Part shown: positions 12,880 to 25,273 of the stretch, one piece after another | How the letters are laid out: each line of letters begins with the position of its first letter | Numbering within the stretch: position 1 is the stretch's first letter | The notes under the pieces: generated by a model | Databases searched by the model: none | What the model saw: the letters and a program-made list of their open reading frames with translations, nothing else | Told to the model about the DNA's origin: nothing | Program-made: the position numbers and the translations under genes | NCBI RefSeq assembly: GCF_006345805.1 | Contig: NC_043019.1 | Span: 22,009,360 to 22,073,359, forward strand | Source: Octopus sinensis | Lineage: Eukaryota | Direction: 5' to 3' | DNA length: 64,000 bases

Positions 12880-13627
12880 GCAGCAACACCTTACATGGGT
12901 GAAGACCTTCTTTAGCCTGGGGTACCAGTGTTTCTCCTTTCTCTATCCACTGTCTTCTGCACTTAGCATTTTTATAGAGATTCCATTTCTCCTCACCAAT
13001 CACTATTCAGTCCAAAAAAGGTTCATTTATGAGACGTGACTGCAAAGAAGAACACACATTCACTCTCTGTGCATGATTACACTTGGAAAGTTGGTGAGAA
13101 ACCCATTGACTCAATTTCCTGACTTTTCTGATGACCGCAGGTGTCGATGAATGGTTCAATGACCAAATCCAAGCTTCTCTGCTAGTTCCTCAACAGTTAC
13201 AATGGGATTTTGTTCCACCAGAGTTTGAAGGATGGGATGTCCTTGTTGAGCTCTACACATCTTCCAGGATGGGGCTCATCATCTAAGCTGTAGTTTCCAG
13301 CTCGGAATTTCTGGAACCACTTACACTTAATGTCTGATCCCCATATACTGCATTAATAATACTTGCACTTTCTGTTACATTGTTGCCTTTATTGAACTCA
13401 TAAAGCAAAATATGCTAAATATGTTCCTTAGTCACTTCCATTATAGCTTTGGTAAAATAACTGTTAAAAACGAACTGCACTCCTCAAAACTTGCCCAAAG
13501 AATAAGTACAAGGTAAAATTACTATCTGCTTTTATTGGAAGTTGGCGCAGGTAGATTATCCTGTCCCCCCTCCGACTTTTAGTTTATATAATTGAAAAAA
13601 ACCCATTATTTATGGGATGACCTAATA
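12880..13627 (-). mobile_element. Decayed mariner (Tc1/mariner, cecropia/Hsmar1-like) element: 5' TIR plus N-terminal half of the transposase
   Basis: TIR TATTAGGTCATCCCATAAATAATG ends at 13627. From ATG 13441: MEVTKEHI*HILLYEFNKGNN...KWFQKFRAGNYSLDDEPHPGR...WVSHQLS...IVIGEEKW, with the WVPHEL and first DD34D motifs degenerate. Stops, frameshifts and 3' truncation are present. Confidence 0.92.
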
Positions 13628-14391
13628 TATATGACAGGTTTTTTCAATTTCCAAATCTACTCACAAGGCTTTGACGAGCCTCAGGCTATAGTAGAAGAGA
13701 CCTAACCAAGGTGCCATGCTGCAGGATTGAACCTGAAATCATATGGTTGTAAAACAAACACACAGCCATCCCAAGTTGACCACAATTCAGCAAGCCTGTC
13801 CTGTCTTATTAAGGGCATCTAGGTCTACATTATCCAATATTTCATTCCTTGTTTAGAATAGCTGGTTTTGATTCAAGGGTCATTTAGCTGCTGTCACTGG
13901 TAGGGCAAGTAACTCCAAAGAAGCTAAGTCATTAGCATCTAATGAGTGCCACAGAACAACATGATGTTCCAGTGAAGCTAATTTACTTCATGTATATTGC
14001 TGTTGTCTTAGGGAAATGTATAAATATTGCAACTTTCATCCCTCTTTCACACTGGTGTTCAATACAATCAATTGGTTATAATTTCAGCAAATATTGATCT
14101 GTATATTTGAACTATTTCCCAGTGTTTCAAACTTAGTAACTGCATAGCTTTTTTTTTATTACTTGTTTTATATTTCTAATAGGTCATGCAGTTATGTAGA
14201 ACCACCACCCATCCTCATCACTTGAAAACGATGATTACTGTCACCAATACACAAATAAATTTACCAATTTCATATCATAGGCAGAATTTGAAACTAAAAA
14301 AGACATTATTAGAACATGGGCTAACATTAGAGTGAAAGGATTTGGTAATACTAACAACAAAGATAGAACTCAAAATATGAGAATATCTTTT

Positions 14392-14765
14392 ATCTTTTAT
14401 TTGTTTCAGCCATTAGACTTCTGCCAAGCTGGAGCAACACCTTGAAGAATTCTTGGTAAAATTAATCGACCCCAGTACTTTTTTTTTTAAAGCTGGGTAT
14501 TTATTTAAATTGGTCTCTTATACCAAACTACCAACTTATGGAGACATAAGCACACCAACACCAGTTGTCAAGCAGTGGAGAGGGATGAACACACACACAT
14601 ATATATATATATATGATGGGCTTCTTTCAGTTTCCATCTACCAAACCTATCTACCAGGTTTTGGTCAGCCTGAGGCTACAGTAGAAGACACTTGCCCAAG
14701 GTGTCACGCAGAGAGACTGAACCCAGAACCATGTGGTTTGGAAGTGAGCTCCTTACCACACAGCC
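14392..14765 (-). mobile_element. Full-length composite SINE (family A head plus tail)
   Basis: Reverse complement of the 6605-6992 layout. Confidence 0.8.
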
Positions 14766-17700
14766 AAGGTCAAGAGTTTGAAGAATATTCTTGGTCCTTG
14801 AGTCATTTCATAAGTTCTGATTAAAACTTTTTTTTTAAATATTAGAGTGAATACTAATACTTAATTCTTAAATAAGTTCACTATTGAAGAAGCAAGATGT
14901 CATTACTGGTTCCTAACTGATCCCTCCACCAAATGTCGATTTAGTTCTTTTAAAATTAATTTTAGCAACAGAAAAATCCCATAATTGATTACTGCTGTTT
15001 ATGCATCCTTGCATAGAAATCTCTGAGAAACAGGTTATAGAAAAAATTTGAAAAAAAGAAAAATTTATTGAGATTTATCCATCAATAAAATATCAACGAT
15101 TATGTCGATTTTTTTTTAATACCATATTGTCTAAAAATTATAACAATTTTTTCTTTTTCATTCTGCAACTGTAGAAATACAATTAATTGCGTAAATTGAT
15201 TAAAGGCACAAAAGTATCTAATGTCAGTTAATGGATGAAGCTATCAATGTAGGGGAGAGGCATATATTATACCAAAAACAATATTCAAAAGTTTTGGAAT
15301 CATAGTTACTCTGACACGTAACTCGATAAAAAATACTTTATCTTTTGAAACAATTATGTAGAAGTGCTAGGGTAGCCATTTAAAAAAAATAAAACACTCT
15401 GCACAATACCTTGGCCAAGTGACTTCTATAGCTCTGGCCAAAGCCTTGAGTGAATTTAGCAGATGGAAACTGAACGAAGCCTGTTGTGTATGTATACCCT
15501 TGTTTTGATATAATAGCTGTAAATGAGCATCACCGTAATGTTGTTTCCAATATCAAAAACATGTCTGGCCATGAGAAAATATGACCTTACTTGGAAATAG
15601 ACGAGGGTCAGCAGCAGGAAAGGCACCTAGCTACTTCAAAAAATTCCATCTGACCCATGACAGCATGGAAAAGTGAACGTTAAAATAATGACACACATGC
15701 TGTTAAATTCACTTTTGTAATAATTTATTAATAGTATCATATACTACAATCTGGAGACAAGTATTATATGCCACAACAAGAACACTTATCATTTTATATT
15801 CCAATAGTATTATATTTTATGGGTCAAACAAGAACACATTTTACTTTGCAATACAGATTTCTTCAAACATTTTATCTCCTTAGCACCCCTGGTGATACCA
15901 TCCAACACTATAACAAGGCAAGGCCAGTAAACAAGCTGTAGTTAGGAGGCTTTAATTGCCTGGTGGATATAAAGTCAAGTAGCTGACCACATTTATAGCT
16001 TTACTCAAGTGGTCAGCAAACTAAGGCCTGTGGACTAAATCTTGCCCATGTAAGTTGTTTTTTATTATCTATGTTTGGGAGATAAAAAATAAAATTTAGT
16101 GTCAGAAAACAGAGCAAATGTCTCCATTTTCTAGTGACCACAAATGAATCTCTTTACAAAAGAATGAAAAAAGAAGTAGAGAAAGTGAAATCTCTTTCCT
16201 TGGCAAAAAGAAAGTCTTATACACTGCAATAACTGCTGCACAACATAAACATCATTGCAGTTTTAACATCCTTGTCTATGCTTGCATGGATCAAAAAGAA
16301 TTTGTTGGGGTAGATTTTCTATGATCAGACACGTTTTGATGGAAGACTGGAAATGATGTACACTGCTTGTAAGACACTCATTTACAACTATCACATGATG
16401 TCAAAACAAACACACACACATATTGTGTGTGTATGTGCATAAATATGTTCACAAATCGTTCATTTATAGACAAAGAGACAGATAAGAATTATATAAATTT
16501 TCAAGAGAATGTGAAATAATTTTTTTTTTAATAGTATATCTCAAAAAACAAATAAACAGTAGCATGAAAATATTGGGTTTAAAAACCTTTTTGGATAGAA
16601 GGGTTCTATCCTCAAGGGTTTTCCAACCCAATATTTACATGGTATTGCTTATAGATTTATGTGTATTCTTTGAGCTATTATATGTATCTATGATGGGATT
16701 CTTTCAGTTTCTGTCTACCAAATTCATTCACAAGGCTTTGCTCAGTTTGAGGCTATAGTAAAAGACATTTACCCAAGATACCACACAGGGGGAGTGATCT
16801 TCTTAACCAGATATCTATCCGTGCCCACTGGTACAGATAAATGAAATACACTACCCATTTATTGAGCACAAGTTGAATTCAAAGAGGAGAAGAAGAGAAA
16901 AGGATGGTAATTAGTTTGCAATAATCAGTTCAATTCATCTCAAGAACAAAAATTATTTAATTTCAAAATAAATATTTGATACTGAGGATAAATTCACCAA
17001 ATAAGCTGAGAATGCTTCTCATTTTAGCACCTGATATAGATCCATGCAACAACAAAACAACAATTAAATCATTTGGGCTTTTTAATTAAGTTGATGTTTT
17101 TTTTAGTTAAAATTCCTTTGACAGTATTTTAATCTTGTTTTGGTTATAGTCTCACTTGGTTTGCTTGGATCGATTGCTTATTTTTAACTACAACAGTAAC
17201 TTCAGTAGTTTTTTTTAACAAAATATTTTGAATATTTCTTTTGTTTGTAGTTTTCTTTTTTTTATTAGATGTCTTATGCATTGTTGTATTGTTGCATATT
17301 GATTAAAAAAAAAAAAGCTCAAAAATAAAAGTTTGAAAACTTGTAGGGAAAAAAATTCTTGCTTTAATCTTCATAAGAGCTTATGCATTAGACAAGCAGC
17401 ACAATGTGAATGTGTCAGTCAGAGCAGATTAGATTTTATAGAACAAGGTAAAAACAATTTAAAAAAAAAAAAATGAAAATTGAATCTATACTCCCATCAC
17501 ATTCATCACCCCTCAGTCCCCTCAGTACATGTCCACCTAGTCAATCTCAGGATAGCAGCAGCAAATAGAAAGCTTGTTTTCTGTAAGAGACATTTGCTGC
17601 TATGATGAAAAGGGTCATCACACACACATGGACAAATCATTCATTCTTTACAACCAATTATAAGGTTCGTTATAATATTGGTTTGTGTTTTTGTTCATTT

Positions 17701-19359
17701 CTTTTAAACCAGTTTTTCTTTCTTTAAAGACACGACTGAACATTAAAGATCTCTCAGAAACTCCTGTGGAGACAAGTGTAAAATCAATACTCTCAAATAG
17801 ACATGGCTTGATTGGGAGGTTAAAATGGGGAAGGAGTGGAGAAAAAATTTCAAACATTAAAAAAAAATTTAATTTATTTTGAAAGCTGATGATAATGAAA
17901 ATTCTGAGATGCAAATATAACTTATATTTTATGTTATACATTAAACAAGTTTTATTATTAGATAGATAAATATTAAATATACCTATCTAATAATTTTGTG
18001 TAATAACATCAGCAATATTTTATTTAGTAATAATGAGCAATGACCTACATAAAATATTTTCATATGATCATTGTTTAAAGGGTGGTAAACTGGCAAGAGT
18101 TAGAGCATCAGACAAAATGTCCCGAGTTCAAATCTAGCCAATGTCAACTTTGCTTTTTATCCTTCTGGGATCAAGAAAGTACCCGTTGAGGATGAAAGAC
18201 AGACAGAATTGTTAAAGCAACATATGTGATGTCTTGTATTTGTTCTTCAGTTTAAATCAGTTTATAGCACGAGTGATAAATAGTAGGTTTAATCTGCCAC
18301 CCAGTTTAACACCACTGTCTAATCCTTTGGTGCTTTTAGTGGAGTCCACTCTGATGCAAATAGTTGAGACAGGTCTCCAGTTTGAGGATCCCTTTCTCTC
18401 TAAACCACTGCCCTTCTCACCTGAGAAAAATCTGACTCAACTCCTGCCCTTACATCCTGACTAAAAAAAAATCTAAGCACAAGCCCTCACCCATGGATTA
18501 TTACTGCTTATTATCAGTTTTAGTAAATTGAGAAATATAACTTTCTTGCTTTTCACCTTTCAGTCACTAGTATTAGAGAAGAAACAGTATCCTACTGAGT
18601 CGCTATGTGGTCACTCAGTCTGCTAGAAATAGCCAATAAGCAGCCAGATCTCCCTCATATTACATCCTATAGTGTTTTTCTGCAGGGCAAAGGAAAAGGT
18701 TCAGTTAGCATTCACAGATAGGCTCATCCCACAGTATTTGAAACAAAGAAACATGAAGGTCATTGTAAAAGACATTAATGACAATGTTGACCTCTTGCAT
18801 GTGGTCACTTTCACTTCACTATATAAGCAGGTGGTCAATGCTGACATGACTTTTGGATCATGTTTGGTCAAGTGAGAGTCTCTATGGACGTCCTCATGAT
18901 CCCAACAAAGCAATCCTAAAGTTGTATCTGTTGTAAGTACTAAGAGAAAAGCTCTATGACAGTAAAGATCAATTAAGGGCTTCCTGCCCTTAATTAACCT
19001 TTATCGGAATAACTGAGAACTTTAAAAACAAAACCCAACAGTTGGCTGCAGAGACTGCTACTGTTTCTAGAGTACTACCCAGTGCTGCTCCAAAAGAATC
19101 AAAGGACACCACCTCATCCTTAGTCCCAGGATCTGAGCAGAAGAGCATGGGACCCATTTATCTGGTCCTAACCAACAGCACCAATATTTGTTTCAGCTCT
19201 TTACATGCTAAAATATAATATTGGCAAGGTCATCTTTGCTTTCATTCTCCAGACATTGATAAAATAAAGTACCAGTCAAGTACTGTGGTTAACAGCATTG
19301 ACTTACCCACTTACCCACAAAATTGCAGGCCTTGTGCTAAAATTAGAATTACTATTAGT

Positions 19360-19565
19360 AAAGGCAACAAGCTGGCAGAATCATTAGCATATCAGACAAA
19401 ATGTTTAGCAGCATTTCTTCCAGCTTTACATTCTGAGACCAAATACCACTGGGGTCAACTTTGCTATTCATCCTTTCAAGGGATTAAATAAGTACCAGTT
19501 GAGCACCGGGGTCTATGTAGTCAATTAACACCTTCCCCAACATTTCAGGCCTGGTACCTGTAGTC
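19360..19565 (+). mobile_element. tRNA-derived SINE family B (central GCCTTTCATCCTTT..GGGTCGATAAA.TAAGTACCAG domain), older copy
   Basis: GGCAACAAGCTGGCAGAATCATTAGC...TTCTGAGACCAAATACC...ATCCTTTCAAGGGATTAAATAAGTACCAGTTGAGCACCGGGG. Other copies lie at about 1625, 10890, 18085, 29220, 29430, 34500, 52024, 58380 and 61150. Confidence 0.8.
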
Positions 19566-19898
19566 GAAGGGATTATAACTATTATTATTATTGATGATAA
19601 TAATAATAATAATTAACCTTAGTGGGATGTGAATTTATGTGCCTTGCTCAAATCTCACCTTTGCCTTTTATCCTTCTGGGAGTCAATAAAATGTAGTAGC
19701 AATCAAACAAGGGATCAATATAATTGATTATAATCCTCACCAACCCCACCAAAATATTTCTTTTTGACTACGTTAGAAATTGCTAATATTAAAAAAAATT
19801 TAAAAGACATCAATATATCCATATGATTTTGTTCTAAAACATTGTTCGATATTTCTCTAAAATGAGCAAAACTTGTAGCAAATTACATTATAGCTCTC

Positions 19899-19899
<1 letters not shown>

Positions 19900-19939
<40 letters not shown>

Positions 19940-20155
19940 CACATGCATACATACACACAAACATGCATCTATATATATACAGATATAGAAATACATATAT
20001 ACATGCATATACAGACATACATATATACACATATATACACACACATATTTGTGTGTGCGTGTGTGTGTGTATACAGAAATATATATATACACACATATAT
20101 TTATACTCATACAGAAATACACACACAGATACATTCAGAGATATACATACATTGG
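19900..20155. repeat. Compound (TA)/(CA)/(TG) microsatellite
   Basis: Directly visible; it is the source of the spurious YI/CV ORFs. Similar tracts lie at 196-242, 8866-8935, 40180-40420, 46100-46420 and 51200-51245. Confidence 0.95.
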
Positions 20156-22160
20156 ATATGATTTCTATCTTTTGGTTTATACTTGTTAAGTCTCGTTTAT
20201 TACAATATTGGAACATCCACAAACCGATCACTCAGCTGAACCAATTCCACAAAGATATAGAGAATAAAAATCTTCAATATTTATTGATTTTGTTTATTTT
20301 ATAAAACCAGTGAATAAAAAGATTCCACAAGACAAAATTCTAGAAAATTGGAAAATATCTACTGTTTGTTTGAAACTCAATCCTCTGTCATATATACACA
20401 CAAACACATATATAGATGCATATGCATACATGTACCATTTCATACACATACATGTACCATTTCAAGTTTGTATCATTTCTAGAATCGTTTCAAGTTTGTA
20501 CCAAATATGTTCCGATATAATGTTTTAGAGAAAGAGATAGAATCTTTCCAAGGGAAAAACTGTATAATATGATTTCATGAGCCAACTGAATTTTAAAATT
20601 CCATAGAAAATAATAAAATCTATAAACATTGGCAAAAGTATAGGGACAAGCTAGAGAGCATGTCAAATACCAAATTAAACTGAAGTACAAGTCAAAGGAA
20701 GAATATATTGCAAAGAACCAAATTTCAACAACCAGAGAATGGGCAGATTGAAAACTGAGACATGTTATGAGCTAACAAGAGAGAGTCAATATATGGTGGC
20801 TTGACAAGCTAGAAATAGCAACCAGCTCTCTGAAATCGCACCTTGCTGTTTTAAAATTAATAGGAAAGGGTACATTAGATTTTGTAATCTTAAGATTTTC
20901 TATGTCTAAAAAATAAAAAGGGTTTGTAGGAGTAAACAGCCTAAGACATGTTTGAAATTAATCAATATGATACTTCACATTTTTCCAAGAGTAAAAAAAA
21001 AAATTGCTTAAAATCATTCTGGACATTCCATCCATCCATCCACATTGATAGCCCACTATTCCTGTGAGGGTCCTGAAGGCAAAGTCCTGATAATTTCTGT
21101 GAATGACAGCAGTTATACATTTCCCAGATGCCTTCGCTAAGCAAAATAATGTCTTTGCCTCTCACCAACATCCGTAAACCTCTCTCACCAACCTCCAACA
21201 ATCTCTCCCTCCTCCAGCCGCCAACCTCCAACAATCTTTCCCTCCTCCAGCTGACAGTTTTTTGTACTTTTTCATGACAGAAAATACACCTTTTGTGGTA
21301 GTTATAATGAAATTGTTTTCTTATATCAGAGTAATAAGGCATTTCAATAGAACATCTTTACCCCCGGGAATTACCAGGTACACCAGCTGTGTATATATAT
21401 ATATATATATAAATAACAGGCTTCTTTCAATTTCTGTCAGCCAGATCCACTCACAAGGCTTTGGTTGGCTTGAGGCCATAGCAGATGCCCAAAGGACTAT
21501 GCAATAGGACTGAACCTAGAACTATGAGGTTAGAAATCAAACTTCTTACCACACAGCCACACAAATTGCAGCATCTACAGCACACACACAGCAGATTCTC
21601 ATTACTCCAGCTGAATGAATTGGTAATAATATTTATGGAGAAATATAACTGCTTAAAAGTCAGAAACAAAAAAAGGGAACAACGGTGTCATTAACAAACA
21701 AGAAATTTGTGATTTCAAGAGAATGCTAGCAGACATAACACATCTGAAAAATCAGGAAGCAGAAATTATTGAACAACAACAGCTGTTTGAGATGACATTT
21801 AAATACATCAACGGAGCTAGACTGTCAAAGTTCAACCACAACAGCTTTATAGTAGTATCTTTAGTTTATTAAGAAAATAGCCTAGTTATTACGTCTATTA
21901 TTGGAAAATAATATTAAGTTAGTGTAGCTGAGATTTGAGAGGGAGAATTGTATTTTTTTTCTTCTTTATTTCTCAGTTTTAAAATAAATACCTCTCATGT
22001 CTCATGATAGGTCCCAGAGAATTCCATTAAAAACAAAAATACAGGTATCTGACTGCCTCAGTGTCTCCAAGACTGCAATGTTCAATATGTCCACTGGACT
22101 ACCCAATACGTCTATAAAAAACATTGGACAATACAGTCATAGAGACACCATTTATAAATT

Positions 22161-22671
22161 ACTAGCAGTATTGCCCGGCTTTGCAAAATGGTCTCATTTA
22201 ATTCAAAGCGTTAAAAATGTTATGAAAACAATTGGTATGTGTTCACAAAGTCCAAATGATTAATACAAAAAAACCCTCCAGGCTACATCCCGAAAATTCA
22301 TTTCTTTGCTGAATTTCTACAATGTTTACGGCGATTCATTTTTATATCTTGATTTATTCTTTTTCATGCAATTTACGCATGCTTGCACGCGTGGTGAACA
22401 CAGTTCACATCAAACAGCTGACTGAGTAAAGTTCACTATTCAATGCATGGGATAAGGCCTAAACAAACACATTATCAACTTTTGCACTTGCGAGATGAAT
22501 TTCGGAACAGAAATAGCGCAGTTCAATTTTCATTCGCCTAAACTTTAAGTGACCCATTTTTGGTGGTTCTACGATTTGTTGGCTAGGAGGAGATGTGCCG
22601 GGAAGTCAAACACACAGACACACACATAGATACACACACAGACACACAAGTTGAGTTTTATATATATAGAT
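22161..22671 (+). mobile_element. Non-autonomous Helitron2/Helentron-like (HINE/DINE-type) element
   Basis: Starts TT|ACTAGCAGTATTGCCCGGC, has the subterminal inverted motif GCCGGG near the 3' end, an internal (CA)-rich microsatellite, and ends TTTTATATATATAGA|T. Retains CpG. Confidence 0.65.
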
Positions 22672-23910
22672 TTTTTTTTAAATGTGATAGTCATGGCTAG
22701 AATGCCTTTCATAAGTCTGATCAGTTATATCTGACTATGAGCTAAACAACACAACAATCTTCAAATTTTTTTCCTCCTCAGGTTGGACCAGATCAAGCAA
22801 GCTTATGATTGAAGACATTCCAGCTGTGACCATCTCACCTTTTTAGGAGTATCAAGAAGTACATTTTTGAATGTGTCCTTTCTTTGGTTTGTTTAAAGAT
22901 GGGTTCCAGAGCCTTTTTGCAGTTTTACAATTCAGAGCATAAACTTACATTTGCATGCTTTAAACTTTGAGACAGCTGGATTGAGGAAAAGAACTCCTAC
23001 ACTGCAGGACCCCAACTGATGGAGAGAGGAAGAGCTACAGCCTCAAAATATAAGGGTTAGCAGTGAAATTGGAAATAAGCTGTCCTGCACAAACCTCAAG
23101 CTGTCCTTTTGGCAAGACATACCACCTAACAATCACTCTGTCTAGAGTTACAAGTAAAGCCATAAGAAGCAGTATGGTGGATGCACAATCTCAGTGGAAG
23201 AGTATTCATAGTTAAATGCCAATATTCACACAATGCTAGAGAGATGAGACTCTGTGAGGTTGATGATCAGAAACCCTGATCACCAAATTCCTCAAGTACA
23301 TTACTACCAAAACCTATAAATACCTATAAATCTCAGCAACTATAAACATTATTAACTAATGGACGATTTTTTTTTTAATCCAAGCAAGTTCAACCAGATG
23401 ATGAAGGTGTGAAGGTGTGATATATATAATGAATTGAACAACTGTTTAGAGGGTCTTTCATTGAAGCAGTATTTTTATATCCTGTATTTAAGGAATATTC
23501 CATACATTGTCTAGTGTGTCATTTATGCTTTTATTTTCAAGGTAGGGTGCAATTTGAGGGACATTTGGCAGCTATTTCTAGCAGGTCATGCAACTTAATT
23601 AGAGACCACTTCTCAGAACAAGCCATAAGTCAACACTTCAGCGCAAACCATAAGCCTCGTACTCTGGTCAGGTTCCAGAACGTATACGTAACAGGAAGGA
23701 CAACCAAAGCATGATTGTATATTTGGTTTTGTGTCCAATTGATATGAAATCAATAAAGAGGAAACCAGAAAGTAAAAAGAAAATATTCTTCATTTTCAAG
23801 AATAAACTCAATTCTTTTTCACTTTATTTATATTTTCCTTCTCCTCCTGATTTCTGTAACAGCCATATTAAAAGCAGGTGCATGGTACATTACAAGCCAA
23901 CAAAAGAGTT

Positions 23911-24116
23911 GTCTCTACATGGTTGCTTAACCTGCAAGGAATAGCAACCAAATCTTTACTCAAAGCACATCACCTTGTTGTCTTAAATAAGGAAAGGATA
24001 CATCAGACAATATAATCTTAAGCATAACCTGAAAAAAGATGGGATGGTCATAGCTGGAATGCCTTTGATTCATTAATCTACTTGATTCAGATTGACCTGG
24101 GGCTAAACAACAACAA
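23911..24116 (+). mobile_element. Abundant retroposon tail family E (…GAAATAGCAGCCAAATCTCCCTCAAATCACACC…GGCTGGAATGCCTTTGATC…GGGCTAAACAACAAC)
   Basis: (CAA)n-type tail. More than 15 degenerate copies, e.g. 2320-2520, 13800-13930, 22690-22900, 36880-37260, 39000-39180, 45745-45850 and 61980-62900. Confidence 0.65.
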
Positions 24117-25053
24117 ATGATTGATTATCAGATACCATCAAAATTTCAAATTATGTGGACTGATTCTCAATATATGACACTGAAGAGTTGTTGTAGCGGT
24201 GGTTGTTTTTGTTGTAAGAGTCTATCTTATTTTAGTTAGTCAAGCTCATCAACATGGAATAACCCCAAGCCATAAAACAAATCAGAAAGCTCTATCGTCA
24301 TTAGACAGGATTTGGGGAATGTCAGATGTAATTAAAGATACAACATTGGACAGTTGTTAGTTGTTCAATGGACTCTAGCTTGGACAAATAACTTCATTTC
24401 TAGAGAGAAGCAAGAGAAAGGGGAAACTGAGAAAGAGAGAGAGAGAGAGAGAGTTCTAAGAAGAAAATTAAATCTTACGCGTATTGTTTCGAAACAAATG
24501 AGGTCATCACAGTTTTGAAAGATCTGTAGCAAATTGCTTACAGCTTAAAATCATCATAATAATAAATATATAATTACATAAATAAATAACTGAAAGTACG
24601 TTACAAATTAAATAAAAACATGATCAAAGTCGAAAGACAAACACAGAAATCAAATCTTTGAAATTATCGCTATGCTAAAAAAAAAAAAAAAAAAAAAAAG
24701 AAAAGCAAAATTTATTTTTTTAAAATGTAGCCTATCTAAATCTGAAATATATGTTTTGGTTCATTTCACAAGATTCTTTACAGTGTTTTCACAATTTTAA
24801 AAATTTTATTAATTTTTTTTTATACATTTTACAAGTTATTTTTTTTTCCTTTCATTTATTGTCAAATTAAAGATCTTATTTACTTGTCATTAGGAACAAA
24901 AGTATATTCAGGTGAGAGATGGATGAAGATATGTACACACACACATCATCATCATTATTATCATAGTTTTAACATCCACTTTTCCATGGTTGCTGAGTCA
25001 GACAGAATTTGTTGAGCAGATTCTTTATGACTGGATGCTTTTCCTGTCATTAA

Positions 25054-25273
25054 CCCTTTTGTTACCAATCCGGCTGAAACCGGCTCTGGCTCTGAGTACA
25101 AATGTCTTGTTTTCATAAATTTCGAATTAAAATATTACACCAAAACTTAGTCACAGTTTATGTTCTGAACACTACCTTAATGGTAACTAAGTTATTTTAC
25201 TAAATTCTTTGTTATATTTAAAGTAATTGAAAGAAATACAGAGCATTTCAAAATAAATACAGTAACAAAAAGG
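25054..25273. mobile_element. piggyBac-type MITE nested in an RTE-tail fragment
   Basis: TTAA|CCCTTTTGTTAC ... GTAACAAAAAGG|TTAA. Confidence 0.85.

Noticed and set aside
14182-14330. Very strong + strand acceptor (long T tract, TAATAG|G)
   Set aside because: No good donor follows, and two frames close within 15 codons. Poly-T tracts are common here.
17553-17607. miR-15/16-like sequence TAGCAGCAGCAAAT with a complementary ATTTGCTGCTAT
   Set aside because: Only a 10-12-bp stem with a ~26-nt poorly paired loop; the seed match is explained by a CAG repeat.
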